DNA of 64,000 bases from Octopus vulgaris. Lineage: Eukaryota. Each line of letters opens with the position of its first letter. Within the stretch, counting starts at the first letter, position 1. Under the pieces are notes generated by a model. It was given only the letters and a program-made list of their open reading frames with translations, did no database searches and was not told where the DNA came from. The translations under genes were made by a program, and so were the position numbers. This document shows positions 15,005 through 26,689 of this stretch, piece by piece. The stretch lies in NCBI GenBank assembly GCA_951406725.2, contig OX597817.1:123442001-123506000 (forward strand). Direction: 5' to 3'.

Positions 15005-15311
15005 ATGTTTCCTTTTCAAACCCAGCCAGGATCATGAGCCCGGTTTCCCGGTTTCTGTGGCGTATGTGTTCTGCCAGCTGGACGGTCCATCGCAGTCCAT
15101 CGCAGCGTTACTCAAGAAACAGGAAGAGAGACTGAGAGAAAGTCGGGGCGAAAGAGTACAACAGGAGTCGCCACCACGCCCTGCAGGAGATTCGTGGAGC
15201 TTTAGGTGTTTTCACTCAATAAACACACCCAACGCCCGGTCTGGGAACCGAAACCGCGATCCTCCGACCGCGAGCCCGCTGCCCTAAACACTGGGCCATA
15301 GCACCTCCACG
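15005..15311 (-). mobile_element. tRNA-derived SINE family C, variant with V-SINE-like body
   Basis: Minus head GTGGAGGTGCTATGGCCCAGTGTTTAGGGCAGCGGG...GGTTTCGGTTCCCAGACCGGGCG, shared with 41800; body CTGCGATGGAC...GTCCAGCTGG...AAACCGGGAAACCGGG. Confidence 0.8.
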
Positions 15312-15859
15312 CCACTATTATATACAAATATATTTAAACTATTTTTTTTTTATCTGTGCACGGTACTCTCCTTTTCATAAAATGTGCTTAGCGTCTACGC
15401 TATGTAAGTGCAAATACCAGCGCTTTATGGGTTAAATGCTGATGTTCTGTTAGAATAAACTGTACTGTCGCAGATACCATGAGAGAACCTCTCATATTGG
15501 TTTTTGGTGCACTCTTGTTTTTATCGCTCGCGGGAAGATGAATCCCAGTCACCTCTAGCGCCGAGACCATCAGGTCACGAGACTTTGACTTTCTTTGGTT
15601 TCGTCAATGATGAATGCCCAACCACTAGAGGCGGTTTTTTGTCCCCGCCATCTCTAGTATCAAGTTCTGGTAAATGTGTTTTTGTGTGCCCATAGAAAAA
15701 ATATTGTTGCAAGAAAATACGTTGTACTGGGCTACATGTTACCAGTAGTACAAGAGCGAACTGACATAACATATTTATACATATACACATGCATTCATTT
15801 AAACATCCGTTCGTATGTATATGTGCGCGCGCATGTGGTGGAACTCTATTCGTTAGACG

Positions 15860-16600
15860 AGCTTGGCTATAGCTGACAGGTTGACCTGTCTTTCATTAGT
15901 TGGCGTCCCTTGAAGAAATTTTTCCAGGTTTCGTTTGAAGGTGACGGGATCTTTTTCTACCTAGATTTGTTTGGGGATAATGTGAAATAGAGTAGGGCCT
16001 GTTGAGGAAAAGAAATTCTGTTGCAGTAAATTTATGTACTGTGATTCTGAATTGTGTTGGAGGCGTATGGAAAGTGGCCCCGACCTTGTATGAATTCTGA
16101 ATCTAATGTTAAGGCCGTTAGGGCAATGCTGTTGTTATATTCTCCACATTGTGCAAATGACGTAGCACTCACTGCGGTACTGGAGAGAGAGTAAAATTTC
16201 AATGACTTAAGGCGGCCCCAATAATCAAGATTAGTCATACCGTTAACTTTTTTTAAATCAATGCTCTCTAGGGTGACACAATTCTCGTAATGCTTTGTTT
16301 TGTGTGGGGCGACCACAGAGGGCAGCAGTATTCTAGGTGTGGCTGTACAAAGGGAGAGAAGAGGGGAATGATGACATCTTGTTCTCACGACTGGAAAGTT
16401 CTGTGGATTCAGGAGCTGAAACAGCGAGCTATATTGACTTTATTGTTAATGTGGTCATTCCAGCTGAGATTTCTCTCAACAATCGTTCCTAGGGCCTTGA
16501 TATTGTTGGATGCTGTGAGTGGTTCCCCCGAAGGAAGAGAATATCGTTATTTCAACTTAGTCATTTTTTTCTAAATTTCATTATTTCAAATGTTCCCTCG
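15860..16600 (-). mobile_element. CR1-like LINE 3' fragment
   Basis: Minus ORF 16032-16388 contains LDYWGRLKSLKFYSL, typical of the CR1/L2 C-terminal Y..RL..L.L.SL motif. Confidence 0.75.
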
Positions 16601-16728
16601 TTTAACCACATTTTGTTATTGCCTACTCATTGGCTTATCACATGTAGTTCAGACTGGTGTTTAATTCGTCTTCTCCCCATTGATAATTTTCAGGGGTACT
16701 TTAACTGAAGAAAAGAGAAGTCAAATCG

Positions 16729-16825
16729 ATGTTACGTACGTTTCGATGAACTAACACCATTTATTTCACACACTATGTTTTACAAATCATACAATATATT
16801 AGAGTTCATACACATCTTCAAACAT
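16729..16825 (-). ncRNA. Degenerate type-I hammerhead ribozyme-like motif
   Basis: ATGT-TTGAAGA-..ATGAACT..AGTTCAT-C-GAAAC-GTAC-GTA-ACAT; 4-bp stem I; palindromic ACGTACGT stem III. Confidence 0.5.
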
Positions 16826-17164
16826 TTTAATTTGAATCATAATCAATTTATGGATCAAAATCACAATGCAGGATGAATTTTGATCATTTCATGGGCGAAT
16901 CAACAACTAGGCAAATTGACAAAATGTTAATGTTAATATATTCTATCATCTTGTAAATCTAACAAAATTTAAGGCAAAACTTCATGCAGTTTAAAACATC
17001 TTCCTCTCCGTGTTAATACTAACAGTAATATATTCTGTTTGGCGGCAGTTTAATGCGCTGATAAATTTGGACGGAATCACTGCAAAGCGGTTAAAATGAA
17101 TTCAGTGACGAAAGAAAAGCTAAATAATGTATATATATACAGTATATATATATAGAAAGAGTTC

Positions 17165-17346
17165 ACGAAAAAAAGCAAAAGACGAAGACAGGTGGTGTAC
17201 AGAACAAACAGATTTATTAGTAGAACGCTCAGGAATTGAAAAAATCTTTTACGCTTCGAGCCTACGCTCTTCTACAGAAAGGGACACAGAAAAAACAAGG
17301 AGAGAAACAGGGAGAGAAAAAATGTGTAGTGGCTACCGATCTATCA
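17165..17346 (-). mobile_element. Penelope-type solo pLTR with hammerhead-like motif (17246-17281)
   Basis: Homologous to 22410-22521, which lies upstream of the Penelope RT relic. Minus strand CTTT-CTGTAGA-A-GAGC-GTAG-GCTC-GAAGC-GTA-AAAG. Confidence 0.7.
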
Positions 17347-17476
17347 AGGATAAGTATGATCGATATACAAGAAATATTACATACTTTTAATACAAAAAAT
17401 GTACTATGTATATAAAAAAAGGTCCGACATACATACAATAGGTATACCATGAATTTAAGGATTTGAGTTTTACGAG

Positions 17477-17567
17477 TCCAACACCTGTTTCTGCGGGCCT
17501 GGTGGTCCACAACAATGATTGTAGCTTGATTCCATCGTGGGACAACACCAGCCTCCGTCTTCAGGGA
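17477..17567 (-). ncRNA. Type-I hammerhead-like motif (left arm)
   Basis: TCC CTGAAGA CGGAGGCTGGTG...CACCAGGCCCGCA GAAAC AGGT GTT GGA. Confidence 0.6.
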
Positions 17568-17667
17568 AATCATTTACATTTGAGATAACTTCATGGTCAA
17601 CAGCTCAGGGAAGAGTTTTGCATTTGAGTTTAACTCCATTCTGTCAACACCTCAAATACAAAATACA

Positions 17668-17758
17668 TCCCTGAAGACGGAGACTGGTGTTATCCCATGA
17701 TGGAATCAAATTACAATCATTGTTTTGGACCACGAAGTCCCCAGAAACAGCTGTTGGA
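17668..17758 (+). ncRNA. Type-I hammerhead-like motif (right arm)
   Basis: TCC CTGAAGA CGGAGACTGGTG...ACCACGAAGTCCCCA GAAAC AGCT GTT GGA; palindromic ACAGCTGT stem III. Confidence 0.65.
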
Positions 17759-18276
17759 CTCGTAAAACTCTTAGTCAGCCCATTTAATTCCTAACATCAT
17801 TTCTATGGTAAGTCGGATTTTTTTTATATACTTACACATGTACATATTTTGTATAAAATCTTTGATAATTTTTGCATATCGACATTTATATATATGTATA
17901 TATGAATGTTTGTGTTTATATCATATGTGTATGTGTAAACATATCTAAATATATGAACATATATGAATGTATACATATATATATGTATATAAAAGTAGAG
18001 AGCAAGGGAGAGAGGAAGAGTGACAGAGAGAAAAGCATTAGATTAGCATACCAAGTTATATTTATTTTTTGTTATTCTGTACATCTTAACCGTTTAGAAC
18101 TCATTCCGTCTAAGTTTTTCGGGTAAGAAAATGTCGCTAATTAGATTATATTACTGACCGGACTATCGATGAAAATGATGGTTTGAACCGCACGAGGCAT
18201 TTTACTTTGATTAATTGCTTTAAATATTGCCTGCCATATAGTATATTAATGAACTGATATGATTAATTAACGTATA

Positions 18277-19502
18277 TAGACATACCTCGTCTCGATTTAA
18301 GTCGTTATCGATTATACGTCGGTTTTCAAAAATAAAATATGGAAATTTTACTCGACTTTACGTCGGCCCGCCACAAATCCTGGAATCGTAAAATCACTAG
18401 AAAACCTTTAAAAGTACATAAAATATTACTGTAAAACAAATAAGAATAAAAGCATATAAAATCATATTAAAATACGTACAGTATACGTTAAGATACACAC
18501 CATATTGTAATGTAGCTTAGCAAACGAAATCATGAAACCAGCTGTGTTATCTTATTTATCAGTCTTTCGGAGCTTATATTGCACTGTAGTTCCGATATGT
18601 ACCGTTAGGCGTGGTTGTTACGAGTGTTTTGAATTCAAATTGGTTTACGACTCTTTATCGGCTACTTTCGCATTCTCATTCGTTTGTGACTTTATCCTTT
18701 GCCCCAATGGCTCCTAAGAAAATTCATAGTGAAAGTGCTAAGTGTCATACTATAACACTGGAAGATAAACTAGATAAACTAGTTATGATAAAACGCCATG
18801 AAAAAGGTAAAAAAAGTGGTAGCAATTGCACGATCTTTGGGGATGAGTCGGACAACTGTATCGAAGATTATACAAAAAAAAAACAAGATTTTAGCACATA
18901 TAAAATCTGAAGCTCCAGGAATCAAAAACTTTGAAGAAGTGGAAAGTTTTTTTTTCTCTTTGGATTGTTAGGTTGAATCATCGGCGTGCTACTATTAGTC
19001 AAGAAATCATTCAAGAGAAAGCGTTACCTTTGTTTGAGGATCTGAAGAATATCTAGATAAGAAATATGTAGAGTTAAAGGCAAGTCAAGGATGGTTCATG
19101 AGATTTAAGGAGCGAAGAAGACATTCCATTAAGAAGCAAAGTGAGTGCATCAGCTGACGAACAAGAAAGAGTGGAATTTCCTAATGCATTGAAGAAAATC
19201 ATCGAAGAGAATGGGTTTCTTCCCGAACAGATTTTTAACGTAGATGAAACTGGATTTTATGGGGGGGGGAAATTGCCAGACCGTTCATTCATTTCCAAGG
19301 AGGAGAAAACTATTCCAGGTTGCAAGGTCGCAAAAGAATGTGTGACCATTATGTTGGGAGGTAATTGTCGGTTTAGCCCAGAGACAAGTAAATTTGGGCT
19401 TGCCTAGCCTTGCCTAGAAACAAGTTAATTCAACTTGAGTCATTTTTCGACTTATGTCGTGTCTCCTGGAACCAATAAATACCGTAGGCTGAGGTACGCC
19501 TG
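18277..19502 (+). mobile_element. Tigger/pogo-like DNA transposon, internally deleted
   Basis: TIRs TAGACATACCTC / GAGGTACGCCTG (Tigger-type CAGGCATACCTC) with TA flanks. Frameshifted transposase from ATG 18707: HTH (TITLEDKL..IKRHEKG), KASQGWFMRFKER, QIFNVDETGFY, VTIMLGGN; the rest of the catalytic domain is missing. Confidence 0.9.
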
Positions 19503-19903
19503 TACATTTCGTCTATCTGCCTGTCTATATACACATTTTGTCTATTTGACACGCCCATGTAACGGTAAATATTCATCCCGCATTGCGAATAATTTCATAA
19601 TTTAATTGTGATTCCAACTAAAATGTATGAAGAAGCGTATGAAGACTAAATTTATTACATGAATTGCATGATTTTGTATGTAATGTGAAATAAGTGATGT
19701 TCGTTCACCGAAGTATACGTGACATTCTCTGCAGTTAGAATATTAATCATTCACTTTGTAATGGTTATAACATGCCTTTTTCATAGACTTTTTCAATTGA
19801 CCGAAGAATAACAAATTACCGTTTGGTTATTCAAACATTTTATTATGCCAGCCGCTTTCCTGTGAGGTGACCAACTGGATATTGCTTATCCCCTGGCTGT
19901 TCA

Positions 19904-20301
19904 GGCGCAGGAGTGTCTGTGTAACTTCCTTACCAACCACATGGTTTCGGGTTCAGTCCCACTGTGTGGCACCATGCGCAAGTGTCTTTTACTCTAGACT
20001 CGAGCTGACCAAAGCCCAAAACCTTGTTAGTGGATTTGATAGACGGAAATTGAAAGAAGCTCGTCGTATATATATTTGTGCGTGTGTGTGTTTGGGTGTC
20101 TGTGTTTGTCCTCTCACCATCGCTTGACAACAGATGCTGGTGTGTTTACGTCCCTGTAACTTAGCGGTTCGGCAAAAAGAACCCGATAGAATAAGTACTA
20201 GGATTACAAAGAATAAGTTCTGGGGTTGATTTGTTCGTCTAAAGGTGGTGCTTTAGCATGGCCACAGTCAAATGACTGAAACAATTAAATAAAACAGTAA
20301 A

Positions 20302-20304
<3 letters not shown>
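19904..20304 (+). mobile_element. tRNA-derived SINE family B (CORE-like)
   Basis: GGCGCAGGAGTG head, GGTTCAGTCCC B-box, GCAAGTGTCTT core, internal (TA/TG)n, GTCAAATGACTGAAAC tail; same family as 38924, 43465 and 47662. Confidence 0.9.
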
Positions 20305-20341
<37 letters not shown>

Positions 20342-20403
20342 CATTTTAGGATTTGGTTTGCAATATTTTTTTATGTGCGTTCGTGTGTTGATGCATATTC
20401 TAT

Positions 20404-20680
20404 TGTGTCTGGTGAGAGTCATTCTCTTTTTGTGCCTTATTATTTAACAGACTCACCTGTGAAATTTCCACTTGATTCTTTTTTATCAATATTTTTTCTA
20501 AAATTTTCCTTGCGTCTTACAACTTTTTCAATAGTTTTGGCTCAACTTTTGAAAAGTTTACAAGATACAACGAACATTTTAGAAAAATAAAATATAAAAT
20601 AAAAAGAAAGAAATGGAATTTTTACCGGAAAGTGTTCTAAATTATAAGGCACCAAAAGCGAATTACTCACCCCAGACACA
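20404..20680. repeat. Imperfect palindrome (~135-bp arms)
   Basis: TGTGTCTGG..GTGCCTTAT..TTTTCTAAAATTTTC..TTTTCAA mirrored by TTGAAAA..TTTTAGAAAAA..ATAAGGCAC..CCAGACACA. Confidence 0.85.
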
Positions 20681-20719
20681 GCATTGTATATATACAAATA
20701 TATATATATGTGTCATTGC

Positions 20720-22521
20720 ATGAACATAGTTGAGGTATTTAGAGAAAAATCCGTGGAGCAGTTACAGGCGAAGACGATGGGGCATCCACGGCTGGTGGGC
20801 TTCTGGATTTAGGGAAGGAAGTAAATGGTGGGGGTGTGGAGTGCGGACAACAAGGTCGGAGGTAGTGGGGGGAGACGGGAGGAGGAGATGAGATCATGAA
20901 TAATGGAAGACACAATCTGTTGGTAGTTAGGCGTGGGGCTGGCGGGCAGGGGGCAATAGAAGGAAGTGCCTTGAAGTTGGCGGAGATGTTTGCACTCTTC
21001 ACTATCACGGCTCCACCTTTGTCGGCCGGTTTTATGATGATGTCTTTGCGGCGTCGGAGATATCGAATGAGCTGAGAGTTCGGGAGAGGAGATATTAAAA
21101 TATCGAAGACACCTGCGAAAGTTGCAGCGGTCTACAACACGTTGGCAGATGCTTGCAAAGGGAGCAACTGCTTGGAACTGGCCAGGAGCTGGCATCCAGT
21201 GGGATGGTCAGCGGCCCAGGTCGGTGAAGTAGTCCTCATTAGATGCAGGTCGAGTGCTGTAGAATAGTGCATATAGCCTGATGCGGCGCACAAAGCTATG
21301 GGTATCAACATGGGTCTGAAATTCATTATTGGATGGAGTGAAGTGGGATGAAGCGCCGAGCCTTACTGGGAAGAGAGCGCTCCTATTCAGAGTGAGATCA
21401 GGAGGAATAGTAACAACAGACTGAAATGGAGAGGGGTGAATGAGTTTGATGTGGGAGGGTGTAGGGGCAGTGGAGAGCTGGAAGGAGAGAGAGGAGTAAG
21501 TGGGTCTAGGGAAGCGGAGTAATGGAAAGGTGGGTGATTATAAGGGGAGTGGATCAGGGAGGGAAGGGAATGGTGGAGGGGTGGGTGTAGTGGCATCGGG
21601 TGGGACATAATGAAGGAGTGAGTGGGCTTTATGTTGTTTAATGCGAGCGAGGAACATGTGGAAAATATGATTTAAGCAGAATATGAAGCGTAGAGTGGAA
21701 TGTACAATGGAATGTGCAGGAGAAAATGTGGATTAAGCGAGAGGGAGAAGGCGGTCGAGGGTGTGTATTTTGGAGAGACTAGAACGAATGGGGGCACTCA
21801 TAAGGCGGTAAGAAGTAGTACAGATTATGGGTAGTATGGCAGAAGCAGAGTGGAAATGGAGGTGGAAATCTTTGGAAATGAGGTGGTGGTGGGGGCAGCG
21901 ACTAAGAAAGGAAATATGACTACAGAAGGGTGTTTCTTTTTTTTTTTGAAAATCAGTAGGGAAAGATTAACAGAAGTTTGAAAGCAGTGGAAAGGAACCA
22001 TGGAAAGGTGTTTCTTTAGGTGGTGGTGAAGGTGGAGGAGGAAAGATTTATAATCGGGCATGCTGAAAAAGGGGGAAGAAAAAGAAAAAAGAAAAAGAGA
22101 AAAGAAGAAAAGGAGAGAAGAAAAGAAGAAGGAAAGGAGAGAGAAAGGCAAAGTAATAATGTACGGAGTGTGAAAAATTAGAAAGTTCAAAATGTCGTGG
22201 TAGATTGGAGCGATTTTGCATTAACGGAAGAGTCCAGTGAAATCCGTGATAGTAGAGTCAGTATATCCAGTAGTTTTCTGGATATACTGACGAGAGGTGC
22301 AGAAAGTTCAGGAAATAGTTAAGATACGTAAGTCCAAAGTGCAGAAAGATGGAGCAGGATAAAACTGGGATGACCACATGAGCGTATAATAAATAGTTGA
22401 AATTTATAGAAAAACAAAAAAACGAAGACAGGTATATGAACAACAAGTAGATGTATTAGTTTGACGCTCGGGAAAGTGAAAAATCTTTTACATTTCGAGC
22501 CAACGTTCTTCAACACAAAAG
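20720..22521 (-). mobile_element. Penelope-like retroelement relic (pLTR + N-terminal/RT region)
   Basis: Minus-strand frameshifted motifs LRRRKDIIIKPADKGGAVIV, TPTIYFLP*IQKP..GCPIVFACNCST and SKYL match the PLE RT start. Upstream pLTR (22410-22521) has a hammerhead-like motif on the same strand. Confidence 0.85.
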
Positions 22522-23011
22522 AATAAGTGAAAATAAACTGAAAACCCCATGGAATTCACTCAAAGTGAAGGTATTTAGAACACTCTTCATAGATTTTATT
22601 CATCGCTCTTTGCTTCGGGAGTAACGAAAAATCACTGGGAGCAACGAGTGGACGTTAGGGAGGGGGAAGGGTAGTTTTAATGTCCGTCTTTGTGTAATAT
22701 TGTGTTACCAGGATGAAATTGAGGACTGGTGTCTTGTCTTGGTGTAGATGGAATATGAAAATTACTAAGTAATTATTGCCTATAAAACTCCTGACTGTTT
22801 CGTGCACTGACAAAATCCATCTGTATTGCCCCGGATGTCGGAAAGAGATTAGATGATTCATATATTTGGTAGCTAAATAGAATTTTAGGCGAATCATTAC
22901 ACAAAACTTAATATTTAAGAACTGGAATGCCATCGTGAAATCTTTTATAGTCAACAAAATAATTTCAAATTATTCTTATGCTATTTTATGGACATTATGC
23001 ACACAGACACA

Positions 23012-23013
<2 letters not shown>

Positions 23014-23069
<56 letters not shown>

Positions 23070-23080
23070 ATGTATGTATG

Positions 23081-23136
<56 letters not shown>

Positions 23137-23200
23137 TACACACTCGCACATGCATACACACACTTGTATATATATAAATGCATATATAACTATATATATA
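23014..23200. repeat. (TA)n/(TATG)n microsatellite
   Basis: Direct reading of the sequence. Confidence 0.95.
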
Positions 23201-23859
23201 CATACTTACTAATACGTATGTATTAATGTGCGTATTGAATTATTGTCAGTTTTCATTACTTTTTTTATTCGTGTTGTTTTCATTATACTTTACATTTGCA
23301 TATTATATTTATTATATTTTTGTTATGAGATTTAATTTCATTGTTATTCCTATTCTCATTTCCATACTTAATTTTACAATCATTGCTTTCCTTCCTCCAG
23401 CCGCTTATTATATTCATATATATATATTTTAACCCCTTTGTTGATAATTATAATAATTACTGCTATTATCACTTCAATTTATTTTCTTTTCTTATTCTTA
23501 AATTCTTAATCACTGACTCATAAATTTCAATAGTAATTATGATGCTAGATTTCTCACCAAACAATTAAATCCAACTTTTATTTCTCAAATGTTTCCCACG
23601 CAAATAAATATATATATATATTGAGAGAATTGTAGATAAAGTGCCAAATGAAAGAAGTATAAAATTATATATATTTGTCGACATATTTATGCATAATGCT
23701 GAGTGTTCGGGCAAAATCTGACGAGATTTTATAACTAATTTTTTTTTCCAGGAACAACTTGATGTATTGATGAATACATGGAGAGCCTAAATATTAAAGT
23801 AGTTGAAAAAAGTAGCTAACATGGAAGACTGAATGGAAGACATCGGAATACTGGAAAAT

Positions 23860-24290
23860 AGTTCCCTGTATCATGATGATTCGTACCGGGTGTGAAAATG
23901 CCCATGCCATAACAGCTGCTCTGTGAATACTGTCTGTAAAGGCTGTATGAAGAAACATAGACTGCTGCAATGAAGACTACGAAACTGTTGCCAGCATGAA
24001 GGATGGACTTTAGGTGTGCCTCCAGAGAAGGTAAAGTCATATCACCCCACATCACTGAACGGGACTTTAAGATCAATTTCGATGACTGTGTGAAACTGCT
24101 GCAGCCTGTGGTCAAACGCTGGCTGAAGGTGGTTACTGGCTAGAAGGCTATATGCGTGACAGCAGGATTCACATCTTTGCCATAGCTCCGGAAACAAGTG
24201 GTTGTCATAGAATTTCTACATTTTTACCAGTCCCAATTTCTGGTCACTTACTTCCTCCGAATGTAACCCCATGGATTACGCGGTTGAAAA
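23860..24290 (+). mobile_element. Tc1/mariner (maT/DD37D-like) transposase relic
   Basis: Remnants LGVPPE/GKVISPH, KINFDDCVKLLQPVVKRWL, QQDSHLCHS and PNFWSLTSSECNPMDY correspond to the QQD...WPxxSPDxNPxDY catalytic region. Confidence 0.7.
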
Positions 24291-24660
24291 TCTTAGCGTC
24301 TTTTTAGGTGTCGCAAATAGACAGTAGGTTTATTAAAAGTAATTAAAAGTAAATTGTGACAGCTCTGGCGACAATGATATGCGAGTATCTACCGCTGGTG
24401 ATATAAACACGACTACTTATATGCACCACAAGTCGATATGAGAGATTCTCTCATGGTAAATAGCACTGTATTATGTGGCTTAACACAACATCCTATTTTA
24501 AATGAGGATAAATATTACCATTTGGAATTAAAACTGCCTGTGTCACCATAATTATTTTTAATAAACCCCCTGACTATCTTTGACACCAATGCCTGAATAG
24601 TCACTGAGATTCAGTGTATATATCGCTGACGGAGAAATCGCTATTTATAGCCACGGACAT

Positions 24661-24707
24661 CTGCCATTGACAAGGCCAAATCAGGCCGAAATCGCGTCAT
24701 CTGGCAG
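24661..24707 (+). ncRNA. Compact type-I hammerhead-like motif with decayed core
   Basis: CTGCCA-TTGACAA-GGCC-AAATCA-GGCC-GAAAT-CGCGTC-ATC-TGGCAG; 6-bp stem I and 4-bp stem II are perfect; core differs from CTGACGA at two positions. Confidence 0.6.
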
Positions 24708-24814
24708 TTCAGGCGGCGATGGCGAAAGATTTTCTCCCGCAAACGATATAAACACGAGTGCTTATATGCAACAACACATACACATACGTAAGTCCAAAGT
24801 GCAGAAAGATGGAG

Positions 24815-24846
<32 letters not shown>

Positions 24847-26689
24847 TTATGTATATGTGTATATATATATGTATGCATATGAATGAGACTCTAACATAGT
24901 CTGAGTTTCACATTTTATTTTTGTATGTTTTACAATTTTATAAATCATAGTAATACATGTACTTCTATACTTTCACCAATCTTCAGGCTTATGTTAACGA
25001 TTCTGCCAGTTTGCTACCTTAAGACCCATATGTACCCTTGGTTGCGTTTTTGCAACGCAAAACCTGCTCCTACTTTTTTAGACATGAACTCGCCGGGAAG
25101 CGTCTGATTGAGCATACGAAATGTTTAGTAGGTATCGACAGTTGCGTTACACAATTGCTGACAGCTTTCTAAAATGTTTGACAAAGGGGATGAACAATTA
25201 CGTTGCTTCACAGTTATTACGAACTGACTGCCGTGCATTATAACTGAAAATGTTTGACAAATTTGAACATGTATGATTTTTCTCCTTATGGATAAAAACA
25301 CATCTCTAAACAGAAGCGTATTCTCTTTTAGTAGCACGGTCAGATCAAAAGCATTTGAAAATTATCCATATGCTCTTCCTGAATGTCCAACTAAAATAGT
25401 CTGTCAAGCTAACTCATTTTCAGTTTATCCGCTGGTCATCACACCTCTTCCAGTTTATTATAGAGAGTCTCTCAGTATATAAAATGATTTCTACATCTGG
25501 CAGTAATCTAGATGCAACATGCACCAATGTCTCTGCGTTTGAGGACGTACTAAAGCAAAGTGAAAGTCTGTTAGAAAACACGTCTTATAAAATTAAACTC
25601 GCCTGTTACTTTCCATAATGTCTCAACCTTAGTATATCGTTTGGCATCGCGGACTCATTCCTAGAGTGTGTATTGGTAAGCACTGTGTTTCGTCGATATG
25701 GTGAAAGGTAAAGTATGGTGGACGAGAATGACAGGGTTAAGAGCAGAAAAATTTCTGTTGCCAAAATATCAAATACTTTATCTGACCAACTCCGGTTATA
25801 ACCCAACACATTGTAAATAATCTACACCAAACGCTATAATAAGATACACACAATACATATTCTGCACCATTAGTATCCGATATTACACCGTAGCTCACTA
25901 CTAATTGAAATAAATCATTTGAATATTGATATTGTTCTCACGAACACAGACATCTTAAAATTCAAGATGAACAACGTTATAAATCACAAAAGAAATAATA
26001 ATTCAGCAGGTGAAAACTAAATCGATGAGGACACAGAAATTTGAGAAGAGAATCAAACAACTCAAACAAAATAAAATATTTTGAGAATATAACCAAAAAT
26101 TCTCCGGTGAATTAAATACCATGACAATTAAAATAGAATATCTACCAGATCAAGGAAAACTAGAAATATTTGGGAAGAAATTATGGATATTGGGAGACAT
26201 CCCTACCAAAAGGAAACAAGAACATAGCTGTGTGTTTTATCGCATTGCGTGCATGTGTATGAGTGTTAATGTGCTTATGTATGCCTTTCATTGAAACAAA
26301 TCGGTGCAATAAGTAAATGATTGGAGAGATAGAAAACACTATTCTTGCTTTTCGAATTAAATATTTGAACATCCTCGAGTTGCAGAAGCTCATTTGTCAC
26401 TCTCATCATTAGTATTTGATTAGACATGTGGTTGTTCCGTTGAAAAGTTATAACCAATAACACATTTATTCATTCAGTGTGATATACAATTAAATGAAAT
26501 AAAAACTAAATGAATTAACACATATAACAAGAGAAAAATTATATCAGGTTGTAGCAGTAAAGAAACGAGACAGGTGTAATTATAGAGGAAAGAGTTTAAC
26601 TGTAGACACAATTCATAACTCTGAGCGATTTGATGAAATAATAAGGATAAGGGTAAAGACACTCTTCGGTCATGAATGACCATCGGATT

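Larger units (their letters stand above)
17385..17858. repeat. ~200-bp-arm inverted repeat carrying two divergent hammerhead-like motifs
   Basis: 17385-17585 is the diverged reverse complement of 17651-17858. Each arm has TCC-CTGAAGA-long stem II-GAAAC-AG(C/G)T-GTT-GGA. Confidence 0.85.
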
